DNA of 64,000 nt from a bacterium (lineage in GTDB: Bacteria; Patescibacteriota; Saccharimonadia; Saccharimonadales; Saccharimonadaceae): positions 9,099 through 73,098 of the forward strand of contig JAUIFG010000003.1 in the NCBI GenBank assembly GCA_030429445.1. Direction: 5' to 3'. Positions 16,946 through 27,401 of this stretch are shown here, piece by piece. The notes below the pieces were generated by a model, which saw nothing but the letters and a program-made list of their open reading frames with translations, was not told the origin of the DNA and made no database searches. The position numbers and the translations under genes are program-made. Every line of letters begins with the position of its first letter. Within the stretch, counting starts at the first letter, position 1.

Positions 16946-17611
16946 CTAGTCGTTGTAATCGAGAGTAGATACTATCGTCTGAAAATCAGTCTTGAACGCA
17001 TCCGCATCTGTACGTACTGTTATTGTCTTGTCTCGACAGCGATAAATAACAGCATCACCACGAATATTCTTGCTGAAGTCTCCGGTGAGACGAACACCTT
17101 CATGACCTTGCGATGATGACGAACTCTGTTTTAGATCACCCTTTTTCACTAAATTATCGTAGCGTTGCAATACATCATCAAAATCACGCTGTTCAATGGT
17201 TACACGAAGCGCAAATTGCTGTGAGTTGCTAATCGGTGGCACATAGCCAGGGTTCAAATATGCCTCAAAATCACCTCCATTTGTAACCCGCTCGGACCAG
17301 TGCTCACTCCACGTCTTTGGATAATCAAATCGAACACCGCAATAATCATCGGGAGCTTTGAAGTTCTTCGCGGGCTGCTTTTCTCGTTCGGCAAATTTTT
17401 CTTCATCGATTTCAGCCTGTTCCTGTTTTGCTTCAATGGAAGCCACTCGTAATTTACTCTCTAGATCACTATTCGCTTCACTGTATGCAACATATGCCCA
17501 GATACTAAAAATACCTAGCCCCAGCACTAATACACTTAGTCCAATGACAGCTATCAACAGTCCTGAAATAACACCGCGTTCATTATGATGCGCATCTTTC
17601 ATACCGCTCAT
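16946..17611 (-). CDS. Membrane-anchored hypothetical protein (PsbP-like C-terminal domain suspected)
   Basis: N-terminal TM, coiled segment, FDYPKTWS. Confidence 0.7.
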   Translation of the reverse strand: MSGMKDAHHNERGVISGLLIAVIGLSVLVLGLGIFSIWAYVAYSEANSDLESKLRVASIEAKQEQAEIDEEKFAEREKQPAKNFKAPDDYCGVRFDYPKTWSEHWSERVTNGGDFEAYLNPGYVPPISNSQQFALRVTIEQRDFDDVLQRYDNLVKKGDLKQSSSSSQGHEGVRLTGDFSKNIRGDAVIYRCRDKTITVRTDADAFKTDFQTIVSTLDYND

Positions 17612-17650
17612 TATACTTGTGCTTACCCACCCTGTAAAGACAAAAGGGGG

Positions 17651-18160
17651 TTAATTTTGTGGCTTAATTTTATATAGATAAAAACTTTTGTCATGCTTTT
17701 CATATTTGATGCCAGGAACCTTAAACCCGAAGCTCATAAAATATACGTTCTTTTTATACCGGTTAGCAGTCTGTTGGACTTTTTTGTACATTTTTTTGAT
17801 ATCACGCGAGTCACCAAATGTGTATACGATCGTCGTCTCGGAGGGCAAAGTTATCAGCCAAAAATCAGCAAAATGAACAGATACTAATGGGTTGCGCGAT
17901 AACAGTTTAGTGATTACAACTAATAAGGGGTTGAGCTCGTAGCCAATTGCTCGTGCACCTTGTCGTGCTGCAGCGCGCAAAATCATACCATCACCACTGC
18001 CAATATCGACCAATACATCATCTTTACTGAGTGGATACAGATCTTTAAATGCCTCGTCAATTAATTTTCTTCGAGTTGGAACATAGGGCGCTCCACGCAC
18101 AACCACAAATCCAAAAAGTACAATAATTCCCGCAACAAGCCAAAGCCAAAACCAAATCAT
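17651..18160 (-). CDS. Membrane-anchored SAM-dependent methyltransferase
   Basis: GAPYVPT, VDIGSGDG, GYELNP. Confidence 0.85.
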   Translation of the reverse strand: MIWFWLWLVAGIIVLFGFVVVRGAPYVPTRRKLIDEAFKDLYPLSKDDVLVDIGSGDGMILRAAARQGARAIGYELNPLLVVITKLLSRNPLVSVHFADFWLITLPSETTIVYTFGDSRDIKKMYKKVQQTANRYKKNVYFMSFGFKVPGIKYEKHDKSFYLYKIKPQN

Positions 18161-18372
18161 GTATCACTTTTGTTAGCGAATGACTGCTTTACTTCTTTGA
18201 TATCATTCTCAACTGCACTCAAATCTTTTTCTATGTCTTTCGCTAATTTTGTCGCTTCTTTCAGTCTTGCGGTCGCCTGTTCGAGCTGAAACTCATCACC
18301 ATCGAACCATGCAACTATCTGATCAAGTTGATCGATCTTTTCCTGAACCGTTACTTTACTATTTTTGGTCAT
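18157..18372 (-). CDS. xseB: Exodeoxyribonuclease VII small subunit
   Basis: 71 aa helical protein coupled to xseA; LDQIVAWFD..F.LEQA. Confidence 0.85.
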   Translation of the reverse strand: MTKNSKVTVQEKIDQLDQIVAWFDGDEFQLEQATARLKEATKLAKDIEKDLSAVENDIKEVKQSFANKSDT

Positions 18373-19447
18373 ATTGTTTTACCTCTGCTTTTATTATAGC
18401 CTGCGCTGTTTCAATTTCGATACTCCGCCCCACCTTCATTGTGCCGCGTACTAATGCATATCCACGCTCAAGCGCTCGTGCTGGATCAAATTCTGCTAAC
18501 AAACGCTTCGTTTGCTCCAGTTGTTGTTGATATTGTTCTAATCGCCGCCCAGCCACGTCTAATGCTCCTTCAACCTCACCTCTGACTTGCTGGCGAAGCC
18601 CGTCAAGTGCAGCAAGGGCTTGAGGAACTAGCGATTGGACTTGTACTCGTGAATGCCGAATAATATCATGCCGGTTTGGCACTAATATTTGTGCCGCATT
18701 GCTAGGAGTTGCCGCTCGTACATCAGCTACTAGATCACACAGTGACGTATCAACCTCATGGCCAATGCCGGTGAGCGTCGGAATGCGACTGGCAGCAAAC
18801 GCTCGAACCAATTGTTCGTCATTGAACGCGCTCAAATCATCAGCACTACCACCACCCCTAATGACAACGATGACATCCGCCAATTCTTTCTGAGTATTAA
18901 AATAATCCAGTGCTCGAATGATTTGATCTGGCGCGTCAGTACCCTGCACCGTAACCGCAGCAACATCAACTCGCAAACCGCCCCATCGATCATTCAGTAT
19001 CTTGATGAAATCAGCGTATCCTGCAGCCTGCGGGCTACTGATAACTGCAATACGACGTGGAATTGTCGGCAATACACGTTTACGCTCTGGCGCGAACAAG
19101 CCTTCTTTGTCCAATTTTTCCTTGAGTAGCTCAAAGCTCTTTTTAATACTCCCCTCACCACTTGGACGAATGGACTTAACCGTCAAGCTAAATTTACCCC
19201 ACTTTGTCAGCTTTGGACTTGCCGTTACAACCACTTTCATGCCATCTTCCACTGGAACGCGAAGTTGAAATAGCATCATGAAACAATTCACACTGGCATC
19301 TTCGTCCTTCAAATCAAAAAAAACAAACTTGCCCTGATTGACTTTGAAACTAGCAACTTCACCCTCAACCTCAATTAATGGATACGCATACTCGAATGTC
19401 TGGTTGACGATAGCTACAAAGTCGCTAACGCGGAATTTCGGGGACAT
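18359..19447 (-). CDS. xseA: Exodeoxyribonuclease VII large subunit
   Basis: VEGEVASF, FFDLKD, EGLFAPERKR, IRGGGSADDL, TGIGHEVD, AATPSNAA. Confidence 0.95.
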   Translation of the reverse strand: MSPKFRVSDFVAIVNQTFEYAYPLIEVEGEVASFKVNQGKFVFFDLKDEDASVNCFMMLFQLRVPVEDGMKVVVTASPKLTKWGKFSLTVKSIRPSGEGSIKKSFELLKEKLDKEGLFAPERKRVLPTIPRRIAVISSPQAAGYADFIKILNDRWGGLRVDVAAVTVQGTDAPDQIIRALDYFNTQKELADVIVVIRGGGSADDLSAFNDEQLVRAFAASRIPTLTGIGHEVDTSLCDLVADVRAATPSNAAQILVPNRHDIIRHSRVQVQSLVPQALAALDGLRQQVRGEVEGALDVAGRRLEQYQQQLEQTKRLLAEFDPARALERGYALVRGTMKVGRSIEIETAQAIIKAEVKQYDQK

Positions 19448-20474
19448 TGCCACCCTCTCCATATGTCGATAGTGCATGTTGGTAGAAAATATAACCAAAC
19501 GCAATAGTTCCGAGCAAAATAACAACGCGCGCCAGTACAATTCCCGCAATCGCTACTCCACCCGCAATACCTGCAAATGCCAAAAACGTAACCATCACCG
19601 CCTCGTACGCACCAGCACCACCTGGAGTCAAAACAAAAAAACCAACAAGTGTTGCAACACCATACGCAATTAAAATTGGTGCCGGGTTAAATACTTCACC
19701 AAGTGCCCAAAAAGCAACCATAAACAAGCCTGCGTCACCCAATGTATGCACAATGCCCCATAGCAGTGGCTGTTTGAGTAATTTTTTATCATTTTTTAAC
19801 TCTATAAAATCACGATGCATGTCCCTCAGAAAAGTCTCGGTAGTAGATTCATTGACGAGCTTTCGGCGATGACCGAAGGTCACACGCCGCACCACCAAAT
19901 TCATTGTTCTATATACCCATGACGCAAAGTGATCAATACGCGTCTTGCTACTAAGTAAATAGATACCCGCCAAAACCGTGACAGACATCAAACCAAACAG
20001 CGTTGCGCTTGCTAGAATAATCCAACGGTTTAGTGTACCATCAAGAGTCACCAAAAAAAGTGAGAGCAATAGCAGTGCACCAAAAGCAAAAAAACCCGAT
20101 GCATAACGCACTACCTGTGCCATCGTTGCGCGACCTGGCGGAACATTCAATGAACCCAGTCGCCATGTCAGATAAGAAACGCCACTCACGCCACCACTGG
20201 GCAATACGTGATTCACGAAGTTACCCTCTAGTGCAATACGAACAAGTTCGCGTCTTTTAACTTTGAGGATTTGTCCCTTACCCCGTAAATACGAAAAAAT
20301 CATTTCTCCACCCGCATAGTAAACAAGAACTTGTAGTGGCACCATCAACAGCAAAATCAACAAGTTCACTTGACTCAATAATTCCCATGCTCGTATCAGT
20401 TCGTGACGCGATGCAAACAGGATAATTGCCAACAAGATAATAGTTGTTAGACTTAGCCAGGCTCGAAAAGACAT
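19425..20474 (-). CDS. Lysylphosphatidylglycerol synthase TM / flippase-like membrane protein
   Basis: Multi-TM; NHVLPSGGVSG, TPGGAGAYE. Confidence 0.85.
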   Translation of the reverse strand: MSFRAWLSLTTIILLAIILFASRHELIRAWELLSQVNLLILLLMVPLQVLVYYAGGEMIFSYLRGKGQILKVKRRELVRIALEGNFVNHVLPSGGVSGVSYLTWRLGSLNVPPGRATMAQVVRYASGFFAFGALLLLSLFLVTLDGTLNRWIILASATLFGLMSVTVLAGIYLLSSKTRIDHFASWVYRTMNLVVRRVTFGHRRKLVNESTTETFLRDMHRDFIELKNDKKLLKQPLLWGIVHTLGDAGLFMVAFWALGEVFNPAPILIAYGVATLVGFFVLTPGGAGAYEAVMVTFLAFAGIAGGVAIAGIVLARVVILLGTIAFGYIFYQHALSTYGEGGNVPEIPR

Positions 20475-20498
20475 ACTAACCAGTATATACTATAGGAT

Positions 20499-21665
20499 AT
20501 GTACATTGCGATGCTTGGTCGACAACCAGAACTCGGAATTGCCGAACTCGAAAGATTGTACGGCACCGTTCGATGGTTCGCACATGATTCAGCGCTTGTA
20601 GAAAGTGATGTATTTAACGTAGAGCGATTGGGCGGCACAATCAAGGGGGGTGTCGTTGTCCGTGAACTGACTGGCGCCGACTGGCGAAAGACAAGCATGG
20701 AACTAGTGCGCGTCTACCACAAAAAGTGGTCTAATGCGTCTGGTAAACTTACCGTCGGCATCAGTGCCTATGGGTTTACAGTTTCATCCCAGGATGTCCA
20801 GCGCACTGGTCATATTCTCAAGTCAAAACTCAAAGGTAATGGCGTGAGTGTACGCATCGTTCCAAACGAACAACCAGCGCTCAGCAGTGCATCATCCCAT
20901 CACAATAAACTCGGCCTATCAGCAAACAAAGTTGAATTAATGGTTGTACGTGGTCACAACGGCAAAGTTATTATTGCTGAGAGTACGGGCGCTCAAAACA
21001 TTACGGCCCTCGCCCGACGCGACCAAGCTCGACCCGCACGCGATACATTCGTTGGTATGCTACCCCCGAAATTAGCCATGATTATGGTTAATCTAGCACA
21101 TCCTGACGATAGTAGTTCAAAAACAGTGCTCGACCCATTTTGTGGAACAGGGGTTGTCCTGCAAGAAGCTTTGCTATCCGGGCATAACGTGGTTGGCACT
21201 GATGTATCAGACAAGATGATTGCTTATACAACCGAAAACCTCACCTGGCTTTCTGAAAAATACGAACTACGCGGCTCGAAATTTGAGGTGCATCAAGCCG
21301 ATGCAACATCTGCCAACTGGAATAAACCCATTGATAGCGTGGTGGCTGAAGGATACCTCGGACAACCATTCAGCGCTCCGCCCTCTGAAAAAAAATTAGC
21401 CGAAGTACGCCAAACGTGCGACACAATCATTAGTAAGTTCCTCACAAATATCGGTAAACAGATTCAATCGGGCACCCCTCTGTGCATTGCAATACCTGCA
21501 TGGCGCAGTAAAGACGATCGATTCACCCATCTTTATTTGGTGAAAAAACTTGATGAACTAGGATACAAACAAATTGAATTCAAGAATGTTTCCGCTCGTG
21601 ACCTACTGTATCATCGCCCAGATCAGGTTGTCGCCCGAGAACTGTTAGTACTAGAAAAGCTTTAA
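20499..21665 (+). CDS. TRM11-like SAM-dependent methyltransferase
   Basis: GMLPPKLA.IMVNLA, VLDPFCGTG. Confidence 0.85.
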   Translation: MYIAMLGRQPELGIAELERLYGTVRWFAHDSALVESDVFNVERLGGTIKGGVVVRELTGADWRKTSMELVRVYHKKWSNASGKLTVGISAYGFTVSSQDVQRTGHILKSKLKGNGVSVRIVPNEQPALSSASSHHNKLGLSANKVELMVVRGHNGKVIIAESTGAQNITALARRDQARPARDTFVGMLPPKLAMIMVNLAHPDDSSSKTVLDPFCGTGVVLQEALLSGHNVVGTDVSDKMIAYTTENLTWLSEKYELRGSKFEVHQADATSANWNKPIDSVVAEGYLGQPFSAPPSEKKLAEVRQTCDTIISKFLTNIGKQIQSGTPLCIAIPAWRSKDDRFTHLYLVKKLDELGYKQIEFKNVSARDLLYHRPDQVVARELLVLEKL

Positions 21666-21688
21666 ATTTTATATCTGTGTCACAGGGG

Positions 21689-21717
21689 TTGACGAATTAC
21701 TGTTTTTTAGTTACAAT
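21689..21717 (+). promoter_or_regulatory. Sigma70 promoter of rpmA
   Basis: TTGACG-17 nt-TACAAT. Confidence 0.6.
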
Positions 21718-21753
21718 GATTTAGATTTTGATAACAACGTTAGGAGTTATTCC

Positions 21754-22026
21754 GTGTCACATGTCAAAGCTGGCGGTTCCAGCAAAAACAATCGAAACAG
21801 TCCCGGTCAACGACTTGGCACCAAACGTTTTGGTGGCCAAAGTGTTCGCAATGGTGAAGTTTTGGTACGTCAAACCGGAGCAACCAAACTTGCCGGTCCC
21901 GGTACCTACATGAGCCGAAATTTCACAATTCACGCTGCTCTTGATGGCGTTGTTAGCTTCGTTAAGGTAAAAAAGAGTCGATTTACAGGCAAAACTGTCC
22001 CCAGGACACAAGTCATCGTAAAATAA
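21754..22026 (+). CDS. rpmA: 50S ribosomal protein L27
   Basis: SHVKAGGSSKN.R.S.GQRLG.K.FGGQ; GTG start with SD AGGAG. Confidence 0.95.
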   Translation: MSHVKAGGSSKNNRNSPGQRLGTKRFGGQSVRNGEVLVRQTGATKLAGPGTYMSRNFTIHAALDGVVSFVKVKKSRFTGKTVPRTQVIVK

Positions 22027-22040
22027 TTACCTCTACTCAA

Positions 22041-22075
22041 TAAAAATAACCCTCCGCTACTGGAGGGTTATTTTA
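22041..22075. terminator. Bidirectional intrinsic terminator
   Basis: AAAATAACCCTCC...GGAGGGTTATTTT between convergent genes. Confidence 0.85.
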
Positions 22076-22089
22076 TATTCACCAAAAAC

Positions 22090-22641
22090 TTAATCCATTT
22101 CGAGGTGATGTTTGACTCTATCGACAACGTCACCGATCACAACCTGCGATTTAACTAAATAGTCATTAACGCCCAATGACTCCGCCCGTTCTTTGTCCTT
22201 TGATTGGCTAAGTGCTGTTAACATAATAACTTTAATATCAGTTGTTTCAGGCGTATTGCGTAAAATATCCAACACATCAAAGCCACTAATCTTTGGCATC
22301 ATAGCATCAAGTAGTATCAAGTCAGGTTTGAATTCTTTTGCAGCCTGTAGTGCTTGTTCGCCGTCATTCACCTCATAAAGCTCAAACCCTTCGAGCTCTA
22401 ACCGAGATCTGTAGACTGCCGCTAACGCAACGTCATCCTCCACGAGGAGAATTTTTGGCTTTTTCTCGCCTTCATTTGTCGAATTGACCTCTGTTGATGT
22501 AGCAACTGAAGCTGCTGAAGTTGGTTCGTCCGAACTGTCTACGTTTGATGTATCAGTTTCGGAAGATTGCTCCTGAGGATCATGCTGATCTTCTTGAACT
22601 GATTCTTCTGGCCTATCTGTTTGTTCTGGTTCATTTTGCAT
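22090..22641 (-). CDS. Single-domain response regulator with acidic N-terminal extension
   Basis: KILLVEDD, PDLILLDAMMP, MLTA, YLVKS. Confidence 0.9.
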   Translation of the reverse strand: MQNEPEQTDRPEESVQEDQHDPQEQSSETDTSNVDSSDEPTSAASVATSTEVNSTNEGEKKPKILLVEDDVALAAVYRSRLELEGFELYEVNDGEQALQAAKEFKPDLILLDAMMPKISGFDVLDILRNTPETTDIKVIMLTALSQSKDKERAESLGVNDYLVKSQVVIGDVVDRVKHHLEMD

Positions 22642-22673
22642 ATGCTTATACTACTATACAACTGGTCATACGT

Positions 22674-23879
22674 CTACTTTTTTAATATTTCCAATGCCCT
22701 AGCCAACTGCGGATCCCGATCTGCATTGACATCTTCAAACGTCAGCTCTACTTTTTCATCCGGACCAATACCTTTTTCACTAATGTTCTTTCCGTTAGGT
22801 GTATACCACTTCGCAATAGTCACCTTCAGCACTGCACCATTTTGTAGATTGATAAGTTGCTGTACGCTCCCCTTGCCGAATGTCTGCTCGCCAACAAGTG
22901 TCGCGACCTTGTGATCCTGCAGTGCTCCAGCGACAATTTCACTCGCACTCGCACTCGAGCCGTTAATCAATACAGCTGTTGGAACACCTTTTAGAATCGA
23001 GTTGTCGCTCGATCTTAGCTTTTCGGTCACCTTATCACCCGACCTCTCGGTCACAACAACTTTGTTATCCAGCCAAATACCGGCAATATCCTGTGCTACG
23101 GTTAGTAAACCACCGCCATTCCCTCGCAAGTCCAAAACAACCCCCTTAACACCCTGTTTTTTGAATTTTTGGGCAGCTATTCTCGCTTGGCTTGCTGTCG
23201 TTTCATCAAAGCGTCGCATAGTCAAAACACCAATGCCATCAACTAACTCTGTTTCAATACTCGGCGCAGTTATTTCAGCACGTGTTATCGAAAACTCTTT
23301 ACTATCCAAACCACGTAATACTGTTAGCTTTACAGTCGTCCCAATATTGCCACGTATTTTATTAACAACCTCGTCCAAGGTACGTTCTGCCATAAACTCA
23401 TCATTAACAGCGATAATGGTATCACCCGACCTGAGCCCTGATTCATCAGCGGGCGTATCGGGTAACGTTCGAATTATCGTCGGTTTTAAATCGCGACTAC
23501 CTATCTCTGCACCGATACCACCACCGATATTGCCCGTGAGGTCTTTGTTGAACTCTTCAGCTTCTTCCCTATCAAAATATACGGTGTACGGGTCACCCGC
23601 CGCCATGACTAATCCACGACTTGCACCGTCAATCAAAGATTGCTCATTCAACTTGCCGTCAAAATTTCCCTTTAGCTGTCGAAAAGTTGACTGAACCGCC
23701 GTCAGATCAAGAGTACCCGTTTCGACCTTGAACCCCAGAACGGGAGCAACCGCTCCAATAATCTGATCATTCCTCATCCCACCGGCATAGCCAACCACGG
23801 CTGCAAGTGCCAAAACGAGTACAAATGTACTCGGTGTAAAGCTCCATTTTTTGGATTTTTCATCTTTGGTCACTTCCAC
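22674..23879 (-). CDS. S41 carboxy-terminal processing protease (PDZ)
   Basis: DPYT, GIGAEI, LDLRGNGGG, SASASEIVAGALQD, TFGKGSVQ. Confidence 0.95.
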   Translation of the reverse strand: MEVTKDEKSKKWSFTPSTFVLVLALAAVVGYAGGMRNDQIIGAVAPVLGFKVETGTLDLTAVQSTFRQLKGNFDGKLNEQSLIDGASRGLVMAAGDPYTVYFDREEAEEFNKDLTGNIGGGIGAEIGSRDLKPTIIRTLPDTPADESGLRSGDTIIAVNDEFMAERTLDEVVNKIRGNIGTTVKLTVLRGLDSKEFSITRAEITAPSIETELVDGIGVLTMRRFDETTASQARIAAQKFKKQGVKGVVLDLRGNGGGLLTVAQDIAGIWLDNKVVVTERSGDKVTEKLRSSDNSILKGVPTAVLINGSSASASEIVAGALQDHKVATLVGEQTFGKGSVQQLINLQNGAVLKVTIAKWYTPNGKNISEKGIGPDEKVELTFEDVNADRDPQLARALEILKK

Positions 23880-23920
23880 TCATTATACTCGAAATAACCA
23901 AAAGCGTGAACTAAAGAAGT

Positions 23921-25114
23921 CTAGAAATAAATATATGTATCGTAAGTTGATGCATTCACTCGCATTTCGCTGTAGTGACCCCAACCCGAACCACCAGCGT
24001 TGAAATAATTGTACTGACTAACATCAACCGTACCATCGCCATTCACCGCCTCTACCCACACGGCATGTCCATACTCACCAGCCGAAATAATACCAACCGA
24101 GTTAACCTGAGGTACGGCACCAGTAGAATATCCTTCATTTACCGCACTTGACGGCCATTGGTTTGCATTACCCCAGTAATACGGGAAATTACCTGTATGC
24201 TGACCGACCTTCCAGCCGGTATAACTAACACACTGACGGCAACCATACCCGATTGGATCGCTACCATTACCATTGGCGCCTCCGTGCGACCACGCTTGAC
24301 CATCGACTACACAGCCCGCTTCCCAAGGATAACCACCCTTATTGGGATCACCGGGCAAGATATTTACGAGACCGCCAGCCGCTGCCAAAGCAGCCTCGAT
24401 AGCCTTTTGCTGCGCTTTTTGAACCTCTAGTTTTTGTTGTTCACGCTCACTTGCCAAGCGCTTGTATGCGGCCTCCTGGCCCCTAGTTTCATTGATCAAC
24501 GCCAGTCGCTCATTTTCTTTTGCGGCCAACGCGTCTCGAGCAGACTCCTGTTCCGCAATTACCCGTTCAATATCTTTTTGCTGTTGTTCCAGCTCTGCCT
24601 TTATGCGCTTAATCGTGGCAATAGTGAGCACTAAATTGTCACGAATGCTGTTTTGATATGTTTCTTTATCGACATACTCTGCAATACTATGACTACTTGC
24701 CAACATTTCTAGAGGAGTAATATCACCGGACAGATAAAGGTTTGCTATCGTATCACCCAAGACGTTTCGATTATCAACAATCTTCTGTTCATTTTCTGCT
24801 ATCCGCGCCAACAGTCTTTTACGCTCAGCTCCTTTGAGGTTAATCCGTTTTTGAATAAGCTTTTTCTGCGTATTCAATGCATCCACTTCCTTCTGCAGTG
24901 AATCAGCCTTATCATTTAACTTTTTTGCTTCACCTTGCAGACTTTCGATCTGTTTTTCGATTTTTGCAATCTGATCATCAAAATCATCTGCATGCGTCAC
25001 ATTCACAAACTGAAAAGGTACCGTTATAGCAAATAGGATGGTAACCGTGATGATAGCTATTTTTTTCGCGGTTTTTTTTGTGTTTACGACCGATGTGACA
25101 GGCAATCGATTCAT
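23921..25114 (-). CDS. Coiled-coil + CHAP peptidoglycan hydrolase (PcsB/CwlO-like)
   Basis: Signal peptide, coiled coil, RQCVSY, WGNANQW, YGHAVWVE. Confidence 0.9.
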   Translation of the reverse strand: MNRLPVTSVVNTKKTAKKIAIITVTILFAITVPFQFVNVTHADDFDDQIAKIEKQIESLQGEAKKLNDKADSLQKEVDALNTQKKLIQKRINLKGAERKRLLARIAENEQKIVDNRNVLGDTIANLYLSGDITPLEMLASSHSIAEYVDKETYQNSIRDNLVLTIATIKRIKAELEQQQKDIERVIAEQESARDALAAKENERLALINETRGQEAAYKRLASEREQQKLEVQKAQQKAIEAALAAAGGLVNILPGDPNKGGYPWEAGCVVDGQAWSHGGANGNGSDPIGYGCRQCVSYTGWKVGQHTGNFPYYWGNANQWPSSAVNEGYSTGAVPQVNSVGIISAGEYGHAVWVEAVNGDGTVDVSQYNYFNAGGSGWGHYSEMRVNASTYDTYIYF

Positions 25115-25166
25115 GTGACATCATTATAGCATAAGAATTATAAATTGTCTAGATGCAGAAACGATC

Positions 25167-26372
25167 TCAAGCGTTTGGAAAACGTAGAAGGACAACGCCA
25201 GTGTTTTTGACGAACATCGTACTGTAGTCACCGGTACCATAGAAGTTGTACTGACTGACGAACATATCTCCGTTTGCCTGTACCGACTCAACAATCATAA
25301 CGTGACCCACAGGGGCGAATGCCCCTGATTGTGGCAGTACTACTACATCCCCTGGCTTCGGTGAATACACGCGCCATGCCCCACTCCATTTAGGCGCACT
25401 CCAAGGCCACTCGTATGCATTACCGTCACCGTGCCATGGCTGGACGTTCTTGCCAAACCTATACTTTAGTGCCCACGCGACATAACTGACGCATTCACGC
25501 ATATATAAATTCCATTGATCAACTGCATACGAAGTATAGGTACCGCCAGGATAGTTACAATATGGATAACCACCCGAACAACCCTTATTACCGCTCCATC
25601 CCCAGTAGTTAAACGAGCCAACTACTCCAGAATTACCACCACCACTCGATACCAAGCTCGCATAGTACGCCTGTTGCTGTGCACGAACAGACTGCAACTG
25701 ACTTTTGGCTTTTTGTACTAGACTTTGATATGCTGCCTCTTCGCCACGAGTTTTATTCACCAAATACTGCTGTTCTGCTTGCACTGCCCTTAACTGCTTG
25801 TCCTGCTGTTTTAGATTTGCAAGCACTTTCTCGACTGATTCCTTATCATTCTCTAGTTTTGCTTTAATTTCTTTAACTTCAACGATCGTATCATTTAATT
25901 GATCGCGTACGGACGAGCGATATTCTTGCTTATCCACATAATCACCGATGCTTTCACTGCTCGCAAGGATTTCAAGAGAAGATATATCGTCATCAACATA
26001 CAAATTCGCTAACATCTCACCAAGCACATCCTGAGATTCCTTCAATTTTATTTCATTAGCCCGAATCGTAACCTTTAACTTTTTTAACTTAATATTGTTC
26101 GTGGCAATTTTTGCTTCAATCGCTGCCTTTTGCGCATTGATTTGATCCAACTTGTTTTGTAATGTGTTCGACTTTGCACGTAGCTTGTTTGCCTCTGCCT
26201 GATAGGCATCTGCTTTCGCCTGTAGATTACTGATTTGTGCATCCCATTGGTCGGCAAATACACTCTGCATCGACGTCATCGGCAAGGTAGCGCACATCAG
26301 AACAGCAAACGAGACCAAAATTATTTTGGTCGTTAAACGGCGCAATACTGGTGTGGCGGACCGTGATTTCAT
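25167..26372 (-). CDS. Coiled-coil + CHAP peptidoglycan hydrolase (PcsB/CwlO-like)
   Basis: Signal peptide, coiled coil, RECVSYVAW, GNAYEW, VGHVMIVE. Confidence 0.9.
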   Translation of the reverse strand: MKSRSATPVLRRLTTKIILVSFAVLMCATLPMTSMQSVFADQWDAQISNLQAKADAYQAEANKLRAKSNTLQNKLDQINAQKAAIEAKIATNNIKLKKLKVTIRANEIKLKESQDVLGEMLANLYVDDDISSLEILASSESIGDYVDKQEYRSSVRDQLNDTIVEVKEIKAKLENDKESVEKVLANLKQQDKQLRAVQAEQQYLVNKTRGEEAAYQSLVQKAKSQLQSVRAQQQAYYASLVSSGGGNSGVVGSFNYWGWSGNKGCSGGYPYCNYPGGTYTSYAVDQWNLYMRECVSYVAWALKYRFGKNVQPWHGDGNAYEWPWSAPKWSGAWRVYSPKPGDVVVLPQSGAFAPVGHVMIVESVQANGDMFVSQYNFYGTGDYSTMFVKNTGVVLLRFPNA

Positions 26373-26423
26373 GCTATCTATTATTTTAATGCCTTTACCC
26401 CAGTGGCGTCAATACGCTTGTGG

Positions 26424-27398
26424 TTAAATTTTTAAGTACTTACGGGTAGCAAGTAATGACGATACGACCCCTATCGCTGCACCAGCCAAGAGCATTATTA
26501 AAACAACAAAACCAATATACGTCGTTACCAGTTCGACAGTATTACTAATATTTACCCATTCGTTCAGCTTGTCTTGTACAGCATAGAGCGCACCAACACC
26601 CAAAGCCGTTGCCAAAACTGCCGCGATAAAGCCATAGACAATCGCCTCGACAATAAATGGCCCACGAATAAAGTTACGATCCGCACCAATTAGCTTCATC
26701 ATTTGGATCTCTTCTTTGCGATTAAAGATTGCCATCCGAATAGTGTTAAAGACTATCAGTGCAGAAATTACCAAAAAAACCAAACTTGCGATTAAACCAC
26801 CGCGTTCTGCAAATTCAACCCATCGACCAATCGTTTCGATCGCCGTTCGCCGATCACCCTGGAACGATGGCTCTCTATCTGGGTCGGCATGCGTTTTATA
26901 CAACTCATTTGTACTCACAAATTTATTCAATTCAGAGGGGTCATTAATATCTGCGATCTTTACGCGAAATATACCCGGTAATTTGTTTGTCGCCTCATTG
27001 AGGGCATCAAGCGTTTCTATGTCACCCTTGTTTTGATTCGCAAAATCTGCACGACCCTCTTCCGGACTAATATAAGTGACGCTTTTTACCGTTGATAGCT
27101 TCTCGATTGCTTCCTTGATACCTTGCGCTTGTTCATCGGTCGTCTCGGTATCAACATAGATCGACATATCGACTTTATCCTTGATAACATCAACCGTATC
27201 GACAAGCACCTGTCGTGCAACCAGCGTCATAAACATAATGAGCAACGTAATTGTCATTACCGCAGTCGCTGCAACTGTTAACCACATGTTACGGCTAAAG
27301 TTGTTAACACCATAACGACACATGCGCAAAAAAGTCAGCCACTTACGACGCGTCTTTTTTCCCTGTGCTAGTGCCTTTGGTTCTTGATTCTTACCCAT
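26424..27398 (-). CDS. ftsX: Cell division permease FtsX
   Basis: NTIRMAIFNRKEEIQMMKLIGA..FIRGPF; follows ftsE. Confidence 0.95.
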   Translation of the reverse strand: MGKNQEPKALAQGKKTRRKWLTFLRMCRYGVNNFSRNMWLTVAATAVMTITLLIMFMTLVARQVLVDTVDVIKDKVDMSIYVDTETTDEQAQGIKEAIEKLSTVKSVTYISPEEGRADFANQNKGDIETLDALNEATNKLPGIFRVKIADINDPSELNKFVSTNELYKTHADPDREPSFQGDRRTAIETIGRWVEFAERGGLIASLVFLVISALIVFNTIRMAIFNRKEEIQMMKLIGADRNFIRGPFIVEAIVYGFIAAVLATALGVGALYAVQDKLNEWVNISNTVELVTTYIGFVVLIMLLAGAAIGVVSSLLATRKYLKI

Positions 27399-27401
27399 AT
27401 A

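Noticed and set aside
23002..23694. 230-aa plus-strand ORF
   Set aside because: Shadow of the S41 protease gene.
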